Of a DNA stretch of 64,000 nucleotides, positions 23,192 through 36,460 are shown piece after piece. Under the pieces are notes generated by a model. That model worked only from the letters and a program-made list of their open reading frames with translations. It had not been told where the DNA came from and did not search any database. Positions within the stretch are counted from its first letter, which is position 1. Each line of letters starts with the position of its first letter. The stretch comes from Schmidtea polychroa. Its lineage: Eukaryota. The position numbers and the translations under genes are program-made. The stretch is taken from the NCBI GenBank assembly GCA_044892525.1, contig CM097885.1, positions 45,882,001 through 45,946,000 on the forward strand, read 5' to 3'.

Positions 23192-23352
23192 TAGTTTTTT
23201 TTCAACATAAAATAATTTTGAAAATTTGAAAATAATATTGAAAATAGTGTGGGTATCTTATATTTATAAAGTACTTGTATATTTTATTTTATTTATTTTA
23301 TTTTATTTTATTTTTTTATAAATTAAAAATTAAAAAAATGACAAAAATTCAA

Positions 23353-23424
23353 ACCTTGATGGCGCAGTGGGAATAGACTGGCACAGTGGTTCAAATGGAT
23401 AGTGGTTCAAATCACATCTGAGGT
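23353..23424 (+). ncRNA. tRNA-like Pol III gene, unit 4
   Basis: Same layout as unit 3; shares AGTGGGAATAG with unit 1. Confidence 0.72.
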
Positions 23425-24254
23425 TAGTTTTTTTTCAACATAAAATAATATTAAAAATTTGAATATAATATTGAAAATAGTGTGGGTATCTTATATTTAT
23501 AAAGTACTTGTATATTTTATTTTATTTATTTTATTTTATTTTATTTTTTAAACATAAATATGAAAAAAAAATATTGAAACGGGTGATGGTGGCGAACCGG
23601 TAATTATCGCCACCTGTCTTTCGAACACCCCCGGATCGATCCCGGTAATGTGCACATTTATTTCTCAGTTGTTTTCGGACCTCTTTCGAATTCGCTTTCG
23701 AATTCATTTGTACTTTCGAGCAGCATACTTAAAACGCCGATGAAATCGACTTCGTGAGCGAGAAGCGAATAATAAGGTGTGCTGCTATTATCGGATTGAT
23801 TCTGATGTATGAGTCTGGCCAGCTTGTATATTGGAAGAGATTCGATAAACGAAAGAGGTTGATAAATAAAAAAAATGATCCGGATCAAAAAAAACTGTTG
23901 AGGGGACAGTGAAAAAAAAAAAATACCACTGTCCCCTCAGAGCAGTTTTACTATTTTTCATTTATTTTTTAATTTATATAATTTAAAATCAATAATCTGA
24001 TAAAGATCAAATAGCCCTCTAACTTTTTCATAATGCCATTTTCTTTTCTATTCTCTTTTTAGTTTGAAGCTTTTGAGTTTGAGGCTTTAAAGATTAAAAC
24101 AGTTAGAGTCATTAAGGGTGGTTGTTTTCAAAATATAGGGTTAAAATACTATAAAAGTATAAGTTTTAGGTTGTTTTTCTAATAGCTTAAGTGATTTGGA
24201 GGCATGTTTTTGTTGGGGGGCTGTTTTGGTTGGGTATATAACCACACTAATGGC

Positions 24255-24881
24255 TTCTCAAATGGGATAACAAACTGAACCATAAAATTGTTTTGTTGGT
24301 TGACAATTGTACCGCACATATTGTTAAGGTCAATTTAAAACAGATCAAGGTGATCTTTTTACCAGCAAATACGACAGCTTTGATTAAGCCCTGTGATCAA
24401 GGAATCATTCGAACACTAAATGCATATTATGGAAGGGAAATGCAATCAAGAGTCTTGGAAAATATGGAGAATAGTCAAAAAATGACTGCAAATGAGTTAG
24501 CCAAAAACACAAACATTCTTGATGCTCTTCATTTTTTAGCAATGTCGTGGAAAAGTGTCTCTGAAAACACAATAAAAAATTGCTTCAGTAATGGCTTGGA
24601 ATCAGAGGAAATTGTTGAAAACTCAACTGATCTATATGATGTTAATTGATCAAAACATACCAATTGCAGAAAAACTGACAGATTCGGAAATCTGTGACGC
24701 AGTAACTCAGATTAGCCCAGCATTAATTGAGGAAGAAGACGAAGATGAAGATGAAAGCCAAACAAACAACAAACCGCTGACTGCTCGTGAAATCAGAAAT
24801 TCTCTACAAACTTTAAGACTGGGTGTACAGCACAGATATTCAGAATTTCACAAGCATTATGAATATGAGGCTTTTACTTAA
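24255..24881 (+). pseudogene. Tigger transposase, 3' half
   Basis: LLVDNCTAH, FLPANTTALIKPCDQGII, SWKSVSENTIKNCF, acidic tail. Confidence 0.9.
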
Positions 24882-25429
24882 TAGTTTACTTGATTCGTGT
24901 ATACATGATTTTCTCTAAGCATTTTATGTATGTTGAGATTTCCGAATATAATGTATTGCTGCTTGTTTAATTAAAAAGTTTAAAAAATGCTTTTGGATAA
25001 TGTTATCAGCTTTATGTTGGCTCAAAGTGATTACAATAAGCGGCGGCCACTGTACTATGTATTATAAGTTTTTATTGTGGATTTTTATTAATAGAAAATG
25101 TTCAGTAATAACAAAATCCCTATTGTTCTAAATTAAAAATAGATCTGATATGGTTATTTCACATTTATTCTTATTTTCGAGATCTCTTTCTGTTTGGAGT
25201 GTTTGTTCTTCTTTCAAATAACAAAATGTAAATTCAAAAATATGTTCAATATCGGTAGACATCAAAAAAATAGAAAGCAGCGAAAAACTACAAAATGAAA
25301 CCGCTTTTTTCGTGAGGACGGGTGTATAAATAATGAACAACTTATCATAGCTTTTTGACTGAAATTTAAAGTATATTTAATACTTTATTCCAGTTGTATT
25401 TTTATAGAATTAGCTATAAATAAAAATTT

Positions 25430-26294
25430 GGTAGCGATAAAGAATTGGGGGGGGGGGGGGCAATTTAATATTAATTAATTAATATTTCAAAAATTGAAAA
25501 AATATTAAATATAAAAAATAAAAGACCTGAAAAAAAAATTTATTACGTACATAAAATTAATCATATAATTTTAATAAGTGAAAAATAAATTCAAGCCTTT
25601 TATTAGAGGATTTGGCATCCATCCTTTTTTCAAATATGTATCTTTTGATGTGCATATTTAATCTTTCCAAACACAAATTTAGCGGTATGTTTTCTTTAAG
25701 ATCACGCCAAAACCTCTCTATATTATTGGTATATATACTTGGATTATTTTTATTAACATAAGCCAATCTATGATTAACAACATCATGCCTATATCCAAGC
25801 GATCCTAGGTGTCTATACTCTGTCCATCCATCCAGAAAAGCAATATATTAAATGTAAGCATGTTTTCAATGATAATTTACTACCATCAAAGATGGTCCCA
25901 AAGAACGGAGAGAATTTTTACCTGTGTCTAATTTTTTTGTTCACCCCATGTCTAATTTTCTCAGATTCTAAATGACACGAAGAACCACACATATTACATA
26001 CTTAAAAACTTAAAAACTTAAGTGACGATGCAAGGTTAAATGATTTTTCATCTTCAGTTGTTTCAAACCAAAGTCAAAAATGTTCACGAGGGGTTTAAAA
26101 ACCATTGATAAATATAATTTATAAATAAAAAGCGTTTTATATTTGATAATATATATCGTAAATGTTATTAGTTATCAATTATATGAAAATCAAATATATA
26201 ATATTATTATATATTAATTAAATTTTTTTTTTACTTTTTTTAAATATAAATTAATTAATATTTATTTGCGACTCTCCAGTTCTTTACTATTACT
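25430..26294 (-). mobile_element. Merlin (IS1595-like) transposon relic
   Basis: YTNNIERFWRDLK motif and DGWTEY upstream; imperfect TIRs ggtagcgataaagaattgg / ccagttctttactattact; 8-bp TSD AAAAATTT. Confidence 0.8.
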
Positions 26295-26534
26295 AAAAAT
26301 TTAATAAAATTTTTTATGTATTAAAATATGTTAGCATATTTGAGATCCAAAGTAAGCGTGGTACTCTATTAGCCTAATTTCACATTCACTCCTGTTTTCA
26401 TCGTACAAAGTTAATTTTGTTGGGTCATTATAGTTAAATTCAGTACTGACTCTGACTCGTGCTGCTTGTCTCAATTATAAAAATAAATATTTTATTAAAT
26501 GTCAACAAGTTTTGATAAACAAAATTGTCAATTA

Positions 26535-27277
26535 CAGTAAACCCTCCAACTGCGCGGTAGATACGTTCCACAAAAACAACGCGCAAACCGAAACCGCGCA
26601 CTGTGAACCCGATTTTATATGTAATTATGGGGTTAGGTTCCAGATATTACAAAAATATTAAAAAATATAATAAAAAGTCTTTATTCAACGACTAATATAC
26701 ATATTTACATTTATATAAACATAAAAACTAATAAAAACAGTCTCAATTCATTGCTTTTACATAATTAATATTACTATTATAAAAATTAATAAAAATTTAA
26801 CATTATTATATATAAGGTGTAGAAATTATTAAAAACTTATTAAATCAAAAATCAAAAATTTTTTTATACTTACTTTATAACACTCTTTAATTGATGTAAT
26901 AATTTTTTATTACGGTTATATCTAATACACACGAATAAGATTTTTTTGAATTTAATAATATATTTTTAATTAAATAAACACTTGTATAAATATCTATTAA
27001 TTAAATGAAATTATTAAAAAAATGAAACTGCCTTTATTATTTTTATATAAAAAATACAGTGCATCGAAATACGATGAATCACTATTTTCATTACCATATG
27101 TATTCGTAGTTTTACGGGATTCACCATAAAAAATTAAATTGACATGATTTTTCTTGTTAAAATAGACAAAAACAAAAATAAACCGCGCAGCTACGAAATT
27201 TTTAGCGCGCAGATCGAAATTTTGGTATTAAAGGTTTGGCCGCGCAATGAAAAACCGCGCAGTTGGAGGGTTTACTG
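26535..27277. mobile_element. Tigger/Tc1-mariner-type MITE
   Basis: Perfect TIR CAGTAAACCCTCCAACTGCGCGG; TA TSD. Confidence 0.9.
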
Positions 27278-28204
27278 TATACTCAATTACACTGAAGTGG
27301 ATCAAAGGAATTTGTTGAATAGATGTTGATATAATAATTTTTTATTTTTTTTGATTTTGTAATTTTGTAAAATGACTAGACTAAATTATTATCTAAAATT
27401 TTCGGAACCCAGAGTTAATACTATTTTAGTTTTAAATTCAGAAAAATCACTTGTTATATAATATATTGCATCTATTTTACATGTTTCAGTATCAAAAAAT
27501 AGAATATTTATTGAGTGCTTGTGTATGGATATTTCATATTCAATTTTTAACTCAAAACAGCAAAAATATTCTCAAAAATATTAAAATTAATTGTTAAGAT
27601 AATTTAATAAAACAAATATGGAAATTGTATAAGATATTTTTTTGTATTAGAAATAAATTTTTGTATATAAATTGGATGTTCTCAATTTAAGGAATCAAGC
27701 AAATGATAATAGTTTTAGAAGAATAGGTTGATTATTAAATCTGTGTGAAAATTATTTTATGAACTCCAAGTTTTCCCAAAGAAATTTCATTTAATTGGCC
27801 CCAATCTTGACAGTTTCTACTTGAATTGAAATTCACAGATAGTTTCCCCCACCTCGTGGCACCATGTTATAACTTCTAATAATAAATATATGTTGAGATA
27901 AATTAAAGACATGAAATTTAAATCATTTTCCTAAACTGTTTGTTTATGTCAATTATCTCAACTTATTTCAATATTTATTAACCTGTTATATTTAACAAAT
28001 ATTAAAATAATAATCTATGTTCTGTATTCCCAGTGAGAATAATTCTGAATAACATTTGTATTTACTAGGGATACCAACACCGTTGTTTTGATAAAGAAAC
28101 TTTGATTTTGGTGATCATTCTTCTTGTACCATCAATGGATTAATTCAAATATACAAAAACCTAGGTCCAAGTGGCCAGTGTTCCAAATAGAGTCAGTCAA
28201 CACC

Positions 28205-28658
28205 TAGGCTTACCACCCGTTTGGTTTTCGCACGAACAGTTCGGTAATCGAAATGAATTGTTCGTTGTTCGTTTGGCACCCAGACCGAACGTTAAAATGT
28301 TCGATTATTGTATCAATTAATTAAATTCCATGTAAAAAATTAAAAAAAAAGTAATTTAGCTTAAAAATATTGTTTTACGTTAACTTAATGCCACTACCTG
28401 TTTGTTAATAAAGTTAAAGTTAAGTTTTTGTAACAAATTTTCTTTAATTTGTCTGAAGGGTAAATAATGTGCTCTTAAAAGTTTTCAGTGCTAATTTTAA
28501 TTTTTTGTTTTTGTTTTTTCGTTTTATACATTTAATATTAATATTTAAATAAATATTATAGATACACTTATTATAAAATTGATTTTTTATTTAAATTATT
28601 ATTTTTTTTAATTGGTTTGAGTGTTCGTATATCGGTCGAGAAAAAGTTGGTAACCCTA
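28205..28658. mobile_element. hAT MITE
   Basis: TIR TAGGCTTACCA / TGGTAACCCTA; 8-bp TSD TCAACACC. Confidence 0.8.
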
Positions 28659-31600
28659 TCAACACCACTGACAGTAAAATTATGCTGAAACTAGAAATCT
28701 CTATAATGTATAGATTTTAGAAAATAATGTATAATGAATATTTGAATGTTTTTATTTTTCCTGATTTACTTACAATGAATTGAATATATTGTGTAAATGT
28801 AAGTATATGTTTTTTATTAAACCACTAACTTTCAACAAAATTCTTTTTCTCCACGTCAACATCGACTCAGTAATGACAACCTTAGTATGCACTAATGTAT
28901 GTCATAATAAGTTTCAATTAATATTTAGATTTCTGTGTTTCTTTAACTTTTCTAAAAAAAGAACTTATATATTTTTTCTAAATGTTTTTAGTCTCGATTT
29001 ACACAGTGGCTTCAAAGAACATGCCCACCATGTAAATTGAGGGTTGGACATCTATTTAACTACGAACATTACAATTTTTTGCCAAAATTATAATAAAAGT
29101 AATTATATAATTGCTATAATTATGATATTTATTTATTTTTCTCAAAACTCTTATTATTAGAAACTATTGCATAAAAGATCGTTTGAAAATATTTGAGAAA
29201 ATTTTTGCAGAGATGCATTTCTTGTGAAAATAAGATTTCCATGTTAATGAAATTTAACTACATCTACAGCAATTATGGGGGACTCAGACTGTAAACGCTC
29301 AAAATTTTATTGGCATTATAATTCAATTGGAATTCTTCTTCAGTAGAGAACTAATTATATTTTCGAGTAAATAAATTTAACTAGTTAAATGAGTTTCTTG
29401 AACACGTTATTTATGGAAAAAATTGTTTATAAAAGTGTTGGCATAAGCTAGAAACAAGTTGTTTGTGGATTTTTCCTAAGAGGTATTGCGAAGAATAGTA
29501 AAGAATTACAAAGTCGTTGAATATCACTATGTAAAATAGAAATCCAATTTTAGTTGTACTTTTTAGTTTCAATATATTTTAAAATATTGTAACTTAATAT
29601 TAGGGTTGTTGTTATCTTTTGTTTTGGCTAACCGATTATCGGTTGTAGAAATCCAATTTTCAAATGAAAATAAAAATCATAAAAATATTTTATAATATAA
29701 TGCAGATTATTTTATGTTTTATCATTATTATGTATCGTAACGTATGCAGACGCAAGGCCGTGTCAACACCAAATTGTTTACTTTCTGCTTAGAGATTTAA
29801 ATAGACATTAATATGATAGTTAATGTATGTTTTATTTGGCAACCCGATTATCATTTCCGAAATATATAATAGAAATTCCGGTTTTTATTTAACAGCCGTG
29901 TTTAAGATATTCTTGAATATAAGGATTATTAAATTTGTTTTAATTATATATATAAAATTAAAAATAATTTAAAATAATTTATATCTAATTTGTATTGAAT
30001 AATGTGCATAATTGTACTATATTCTGACTCCCACTTTTATCAATTTAATAATTGAACTTGAAATATATTATTAAATTAATTAAATTAAAATCAAATTAAA
30101 ATCATTGTTTAAATAATCCTCACTTTATTTTGGAAAAATAAAATTCAATATAAAAAAACAATGAAACATTCAACTTGCCAATAAAGAAAATATGCCAGAC
30201 TTTCAAGAAACTGAAGCCTTCGTTTTAAATCTCTTAAATCTCTCTGATGATGGTTAAGATCTTCAACAATCTCCATACAATCGCCAGATCAAGTGTCCGT
30301 GCTTTCGTTGGTACATTGACTATTGGAGTAGATATATAAATTATTCATTTCAATGTTCTTTTGAATAAAATCTTTATTCGAATTAATTGTATGCCTCTAC
30401 AATTATCATCATTCTATATGTGAAAATAAATATCCAAGCTTTATTTGAAGATTTGTTTAAAATATATATTTTTTGGAGAAAATTTTGAAATTATATTTAA
30501 TAATAAAAATATTAAAACAAGAATTTAAATAACTATTCATTGACCATTGAAAATGAATATTTTCACAAAATTAAAAAGAGTTAAAAAAAAAACAACAAAT
30601 AGGCAATCATGAACTAATTTTTTTCATATAAAGAAATTTGTTCTTGAGAAAATTGATAAAAATCTTTATAATTTTTTTTGATTGTCAAAGTCTTCGGATG
30701 TTTCAAAGACTAAAATTTCTAGTTTTTGGTTAAAGGGGAGCAAAATAGAGTAAAGCAATACAAGCAATTCATAAAGTAAACACCAAACACTCAGATCCAT
30801 TATTTTTGGGGGACATTAACCCAAATTTAGAAACATCTCTATCTAGTTTATTTTTGCAAAATGAATAGTACTGGTCGTAGCGCTTCTCATTAGATTTTTA
30901 GAATAAAGAATCAGTGATGTGTGAGAAAAGTGCGTTAGATACCAGTAAAATATAAAACAATACCAAAGACTGATTGTGATCTGTGGTGTTTGAAGAGTGG
31001 GTAAAGAAATTGGATTCTGAATTTCATTTTTTAGATATGTAGTTTTTTTTTATGAATAATTGTTTTAAAAATCTTTCTTTGATGACTACAGATGTGCAAC
31101 TTTAATTTCTGACACCTAAACCCACTTCTGTTATCTATATGGGACTTCATAATTATAGCATATAGAATAATATACTAGATTGAATTCATCTGTAAAATCT
31201 TTGTATAAGAAATCACACCTTGTAGGTTTTGTAATTATTCATGTTTTTCTGACTAATTGTTCTGATACTTTTCATCATCTTGCTTATTTATGTCAGTAAT
31301 CATTACAATCTTTGATAGGTTTGTCATTTTATTGAGAATGCATTGTGACACGTAAAGTATTCCCTATGTCACCAAAAAAATATAATTCTAACGACTTTTA
31401 TTTTGTTTAAATTAAACGGAAAGGCAAACACGAAAATGCGATTTAGCAAAGAAATAGTCATTCCAGTAATTACCTAATTTGCACTTTACTCTAACTGTAA
31501 AACTTATAGAATGTACCGTTTGTAGAGAATGTTGCGATTGAAATAGGATATAGCTAATATAAAATTTAGAACATTGGAATTCAAAGAAAATTAAACAAAC

Positions 31601-32150
31601 ATGACATTTTGAAAAAATGAAGATGAAGGAAAATGAAATCTTTTCAATGACGGAAAGTATAAGATTTTACAAACTAACAGTTGTTAAAATGCGATTAATT
31701 TAATTGGCGAAACATTAAAACAAAAAATTGGTTCATGCCACAAAATTCAATACAAATAGAAAGACTTATCTTTCAAAAAATAGTAAATTAAAATAATTGA
31801 AAAATAAAATATTTAAAAAAAATTATGATTAACAAATTCAAATTTTATATCTGTTTTTAATTCAAAAAAATTGAAATGAAAAAAAATTTAATCAAATTAT
31901 TCAACAATGTTGATGGAAATTTAAGCTCCAAAATCTACAAATACATATTTTGAATGAGAAATAATTTGCCAATTGCAATTTAAATTGAATAATTATTTAT
32001 ACAATAATATTCCGAATTAAAAGTTATAAAACATTTTCTATATTAACAATTTTTTCTTTTAAAATTTTCAAGGAATATATATTAAGGATTAGGATATTTT
32101 AATGTTATTAAAGACAAAACTCTGGCAAACTATAGTATAGTGTCTCTGAC

Positions 32151-32452
32151 TTGCAAATTAATAAATATATCTTCCTTAGAGGATTGATTTTGAATGCTAG
32201 TGATACTATTGAAAAGGTTCATTACAAGAGTTTGACAGACCCATCAGTCTTGGATAGCCAAAAGGATTTAATGATTAAAGTTATTCAGGATAAAGATTCC
32301 AATACTTTGACATTGTACAATACTGGAGTCGGTATGACCAAAACTGAACTCATCAACAATTTTGGTACAATCGCCAGATCAAGTATCAAAGTTTAAAGGA
32401 ATCTTTGATTGCTGGTGCAGATATTTTTATGATAGGTCAATTTGGTGTCGCT
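32151..32452 (+). pseudogene. HSP90: HSP90 N-terminal domain fragment, degenerate
   Basis: [59 protein letters not shown]. Conserved residues are altered, there is a frameshift, and the rest of the gene is absent. Confidence 0.88.
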
Positions 32453-33220
32453 TTCAATAAATATATTGTATATAAATTGTATAAAATTGTATATAAATAT
32501 ATTATTAGTTTTATGTTCCTACATATTGTTATCTCAATCAATGTTTTTGTGATTAACAAACAAATTTAAAATGTTTAAATTGAATATCAATTAATTTTAA
32601 ATCAAATTATTACATAATTAAATAGACTCGAATATTTATTATTGATATTAACAAAAATTCGTTTGAATACCGGAAAAAACAATAAGTTTCTTCAATTTAA
32701 ATAAATATTAATTATCTCTTATATATTTTTTACAAACATGCTGGAGTTGCAAAAAAATCACAAATAAATTTAAAAGTTCAAAAATAAAAACCGAAAGGAA
32801 GTCAAACTCAAAAGATTTATTGGGATTGCCGGTTAAATTGAATATTACCAATTATTTGGCTTTAAGCTTGACTTGATATATTAACAATGATAAATTCTCG
32901 ATATTACCAATATGTATTGTCTATCACAATTACAATAAATATGATTTCTGCTACACAATTACACAAAAGATTCACATTCAAAACTCGAAACTAATGAATT
33001 ATTATGATACACAGTGGGTAGCAAATAAAAAGATGAATATAACAATGAGAAATTGATGGTAGTCCATAGAAAAAAGTATTTCAAAAATAAAAACTTATTT
33101 ATTAATTATTCCAAAAAATTATAAGAACTTTTTTCAATTTTCACCTCTGATTTCTTTTCAATTGACATTTTATTTATTAGAAATCTTTTGACCATGAATC
33201 AGAAAAGATAATGTTTTTTT

Positions 33221-34927
33221 GGTGTCCGGAAAATTCACCGAATGGGAAAATTAATACAGTGGGTTTTTAAATGTGTTTTTTAAAATTTAAATATTTATTA
33301 TGTGTTTAATATGAATTATTTTAGCTAGAAATAATAAAAAATGAAATAAAAATAGTTTTAAAAATATTTTATATTAAATAAACATAATAAAAAATATAAT
33401 CTCACATAAAAAGAATCGCAACCAAAATCTTTATTAGTAATTAATATTGTGTGCTACACCTCTTAAAACTCCAAAATAAGATTTCGGTCATAATTTGGAA
33501 CTACTCTGAAAAGTTTTTCAGCACAATCCCTATATTTCTTACGTGCAGGATAACTTTGCTGACCACTTACATATTACTCAATTTCCAATGTTCTTATACT
33601 TTGCTCACACTGAATCGCTTCGATAAACTTCCAGATATTAGGGTGTGTTGCAGATATTTGCACTTCAAATCCACGGTGCCATCCTTCAATCGAGTTATTT
33701 GTTTTTGCAAGATGGTTTCTTACTTCATCATACCAATTCCACGTTTCGATTAAAAAGTGAGGTATTCGACGCCCTGTGTATTCTTGAGGGCTTCCGATCC
33801 AGCAATTTTTAAAATAATCAAGTACTCCTTGTGCTTCTTTTGGCATCCCATCACCACTTAGAGCCATAAATGCTTCTATAACATCTTCCCATTGGAACAA
33901 AGGCTAAAGCAGATAATAAACGCATTTTCATTGCAAAAATCACATCAGTTTCATATCTACTTTGAAGATCTTCAGATAGAATCTTTCGGAATATACATTT
34001 TGAAAAATGGAAGAAACATCTTCTATGTCTAGAGATTGGAAATTCTTGACGAATAGCACTAATCACTGCAGATTCAAAATCAGTCATAAATGTTGATGGG
34101 AATACATCAGATTGAAGTTGTTTAATTTGTCTCAGTAGCCAAACACATGTTGCCTCTGTTTTGTCCGGCCATAAAGCATATAAAAGTGGTATTCACTGTT
34201 AACACTGTTTTAAAAGTTCCATCCCCAAACCAATGCTCAGATGAAGACAATAATCTTAGATTTCTTGAAGTTGAAAATATTACTATTCTATATACTATTG
34301 GACCTGAATCGAAAAGCAAGAACGATTCATGCTCTTTAGTTAATTTATACTCATCAGAAAAGACAATTTCTTGTCGAGATAAAGGTAATGTTGGTGCTGA
34401 TTGATTCCTTATTCTGATATTTTGTATTGTTCTTTTGATACTATCAGTTTTAGAATATGACCTACAGCAGCTTGACTGATTCCAATTGAAGCGTTTGATA
34501 TAATATATTGAGATACATCTTGACTATTTGTTGCCAGATTACGTACAATATCTTGCATCTTCAAAGCTTTTATACGCACATAATCCCCAATATGATTGTG
34601 AACCCCATTTACTGCCTCAATTTTATTGCCATTTATTATGGCACGAACACGGCATTTGTGCTTCTGATACATCTCGCATTACCAATGTGTCTTTTCTGTT
34701 CCCTTATCTTTAAAAAATATGTGACCATCTATTAAAAGCTTATTTTTATCCTTTTCGCTCTTTATAAATTGAATGGCCCTTTTTGGCAATTAAATTTGTA
34801 AAAATAATAATGATTAAAAACATTTGATATTTTTTAACATAAACATAAGTTTCAAAATTATATTGTATATCTAAATCTAATTATGCGCAGATGCCCAATT
34901 TTCCATTCGGTGAATTTTCCTGGAGCC
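33221..34927 (-). mobile_element. MULE (Mutator-like) transposon with decayed FLYWCH-like and DDE domains
   Basis: TIRs ggaaaattcaccgaatgg at both ends; WFGDGTFKT, MTDFESA, CFFHFSKC, TNNSIEGWH, HPNIWKFI. Confidence 0.9.
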
Positions 34928-35959
34928 AATCAGTACAGATATCACTTGAAAAAGGATGTGATGAAAATTCTTGAATATCAAAAAAACAGTTCCAGTTATA
35001 GTTATATTATTAATAAATACAATATTCCAAAAATGTTGATAATCCAGAATTCGGCAGGTTCAGTGGTGGTCTATCACATTGAAGCTTATTAGTTAAAAAT
35101 TATATTTCTCAAGAGCTCAGGAACAATTGTTGGAAATGACCTGCTAATTTAGATCTGAAAATAACAGCACTAATGAATTTGTACCGCCGAAAAAATTTTC
35201 GAAATCAATAACCCAATAATCAACTTCTATTTCAAACGATATAAAACCAGAGATGAAAATTAAACCAGCGCCAGAAACTATAAAGAATACAGAACCCATA
35301 TATCAGAAATTATATAACGAATAAAAGAAGAATTTTAAGAAGAAGAAATAAAATTGTAAACACTGTTTTAGGGAAACATTTTTGTTTCTTCGAAATTCAT
35401 CAATCGTTTCAAATATCTCTTAACTAGTTTGCATTTCGTAAACTAACTCATGTAGTAATTATATATTTTGAGGATACCTAAATGGTAAATAGCATAATAA
35501 ATAAGTAAATTACCTGGGGGAAGATCGTCATGACAAAAGGGACGATCTATGGGAACTCAGAAAAGAAAACGGAAGCAAAAAGAAATGAGAAAGAGGAATA
35601 ATGAAGCAGCTTGTACCAGCAACTCTTTTGCACATCAACTCTTTTGAATAAAAGCGGAAGTGTCAGCTCAAGCAATGACAAAGGCGAACAAGTGATATAT
35701 GAAACATCTTCAAATTTTTCAATATAAAAGCTTTTAAAAACTATGTATGACGTGCTCCAAACATGGATTGTTGACATGAAAGGTGTCGGTCGTTTGTGCA
35801 ACTCTTAGTCGGTCTGGAATTTGACGTCGGGTCGTCGGGGAAGGAAGTTTGATACAAGAAAAATTAAGATGGTTTTTTCGCAAGAAACAAATTATTGTTT
35901 GCATTTTGTTGAGAAATTTGTAAATGGAACAGATTATCAAGTTGTGATAGCCAAAAGCC

Positions 35960-36460
35960 CGTAAAGAGAAACAAAATTTGGGATCGTTAAATGTCAAGGT
36001 GGAGATATTTTCAACAAGATTAAATACGTGTTCGAATATTATGATATCTGGTCAAGCATTCAAATTATTATTTCAGACACCGCAGCTGTTAATAGTGGCC
36101 ACAAAAATTGGGTTTGAAAAAAACTCATATGGAAAAGTGGAAGAATGGCTTGCCAGAACCACAATACATAGGCTACCCACATCACATGTTAGACCGTTTG
36201 AAGTACATCCTGGAATTTTATAGAAACTCGGTGTAATCTATGCGTGAATTATGATTTCGTGGACGAAGTAATACAAAATTAAGCTGGATGAAGAGATTAG
36301 TTTCAATTGTTTTCTGAGCTATTTGAAGGTTATAGAATTTATAGAAACCTAAAAAAACTACCCATGATTAAATGGTGATACTTCTCTTCTCTTCACGCAG
36401 GACGGTGGAACTCACGAGTGGTATATATTTACATTGCTTACTTTCTTTTGCCTGATTGGA
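35960..36460 (+). pseudogene. Degenerate DDE transposase relic (hAT-related motifs)
   Basis: IISDTAAVNSG (~36067), YIGYPHHMLD (~36165) and HAGRWNSR (~36394) across broken frames. Confidence 0.5.

Larger units (their letters stand above)
8776..24248. mobile_element. Full-length Polinton/Maverick (adintovirus-like) element, 15,473 bp
   Basis: Starts AGTAGTGTGG and ends CCACACT; 6-bp TSD AATGGC (8770-8775, 24249-24254). Removing it restores Tigger FNEW-LLKWDNKL. Carries pPolB, INT, ATPase, PRO, MCP and mCP. Confidence 0.97.
23099..24248 (-). repeat. Polinton right TIR (~1150 bp)
   Basis: Reverse complement of the left TIR; contains a ~232-bp tandem duplication. Confidence 0.96.
7712..25052 (+). 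mobile_element. Tigger/pogo DNA transposon split by the Polinton insertion
   Basis: TIR CAATGGCCGCCGCTTATTATAATCAC / GTGATTACAATAAGCGGCGGCCACTG with TA TSD; transposase halves lie on either side of the Polinton. Confidence 0.92.

Noticed and set aside
22387..23424. Calling the units functional tRNAs
   Set aside because: Anticodon stems do not pair and acceptor stems are imperfect; reported as tRNA-like ncRNA instead.
30243..30270. CTGATGA as a second hammerhead
   Set aside because: No stem II followed by GAAA.
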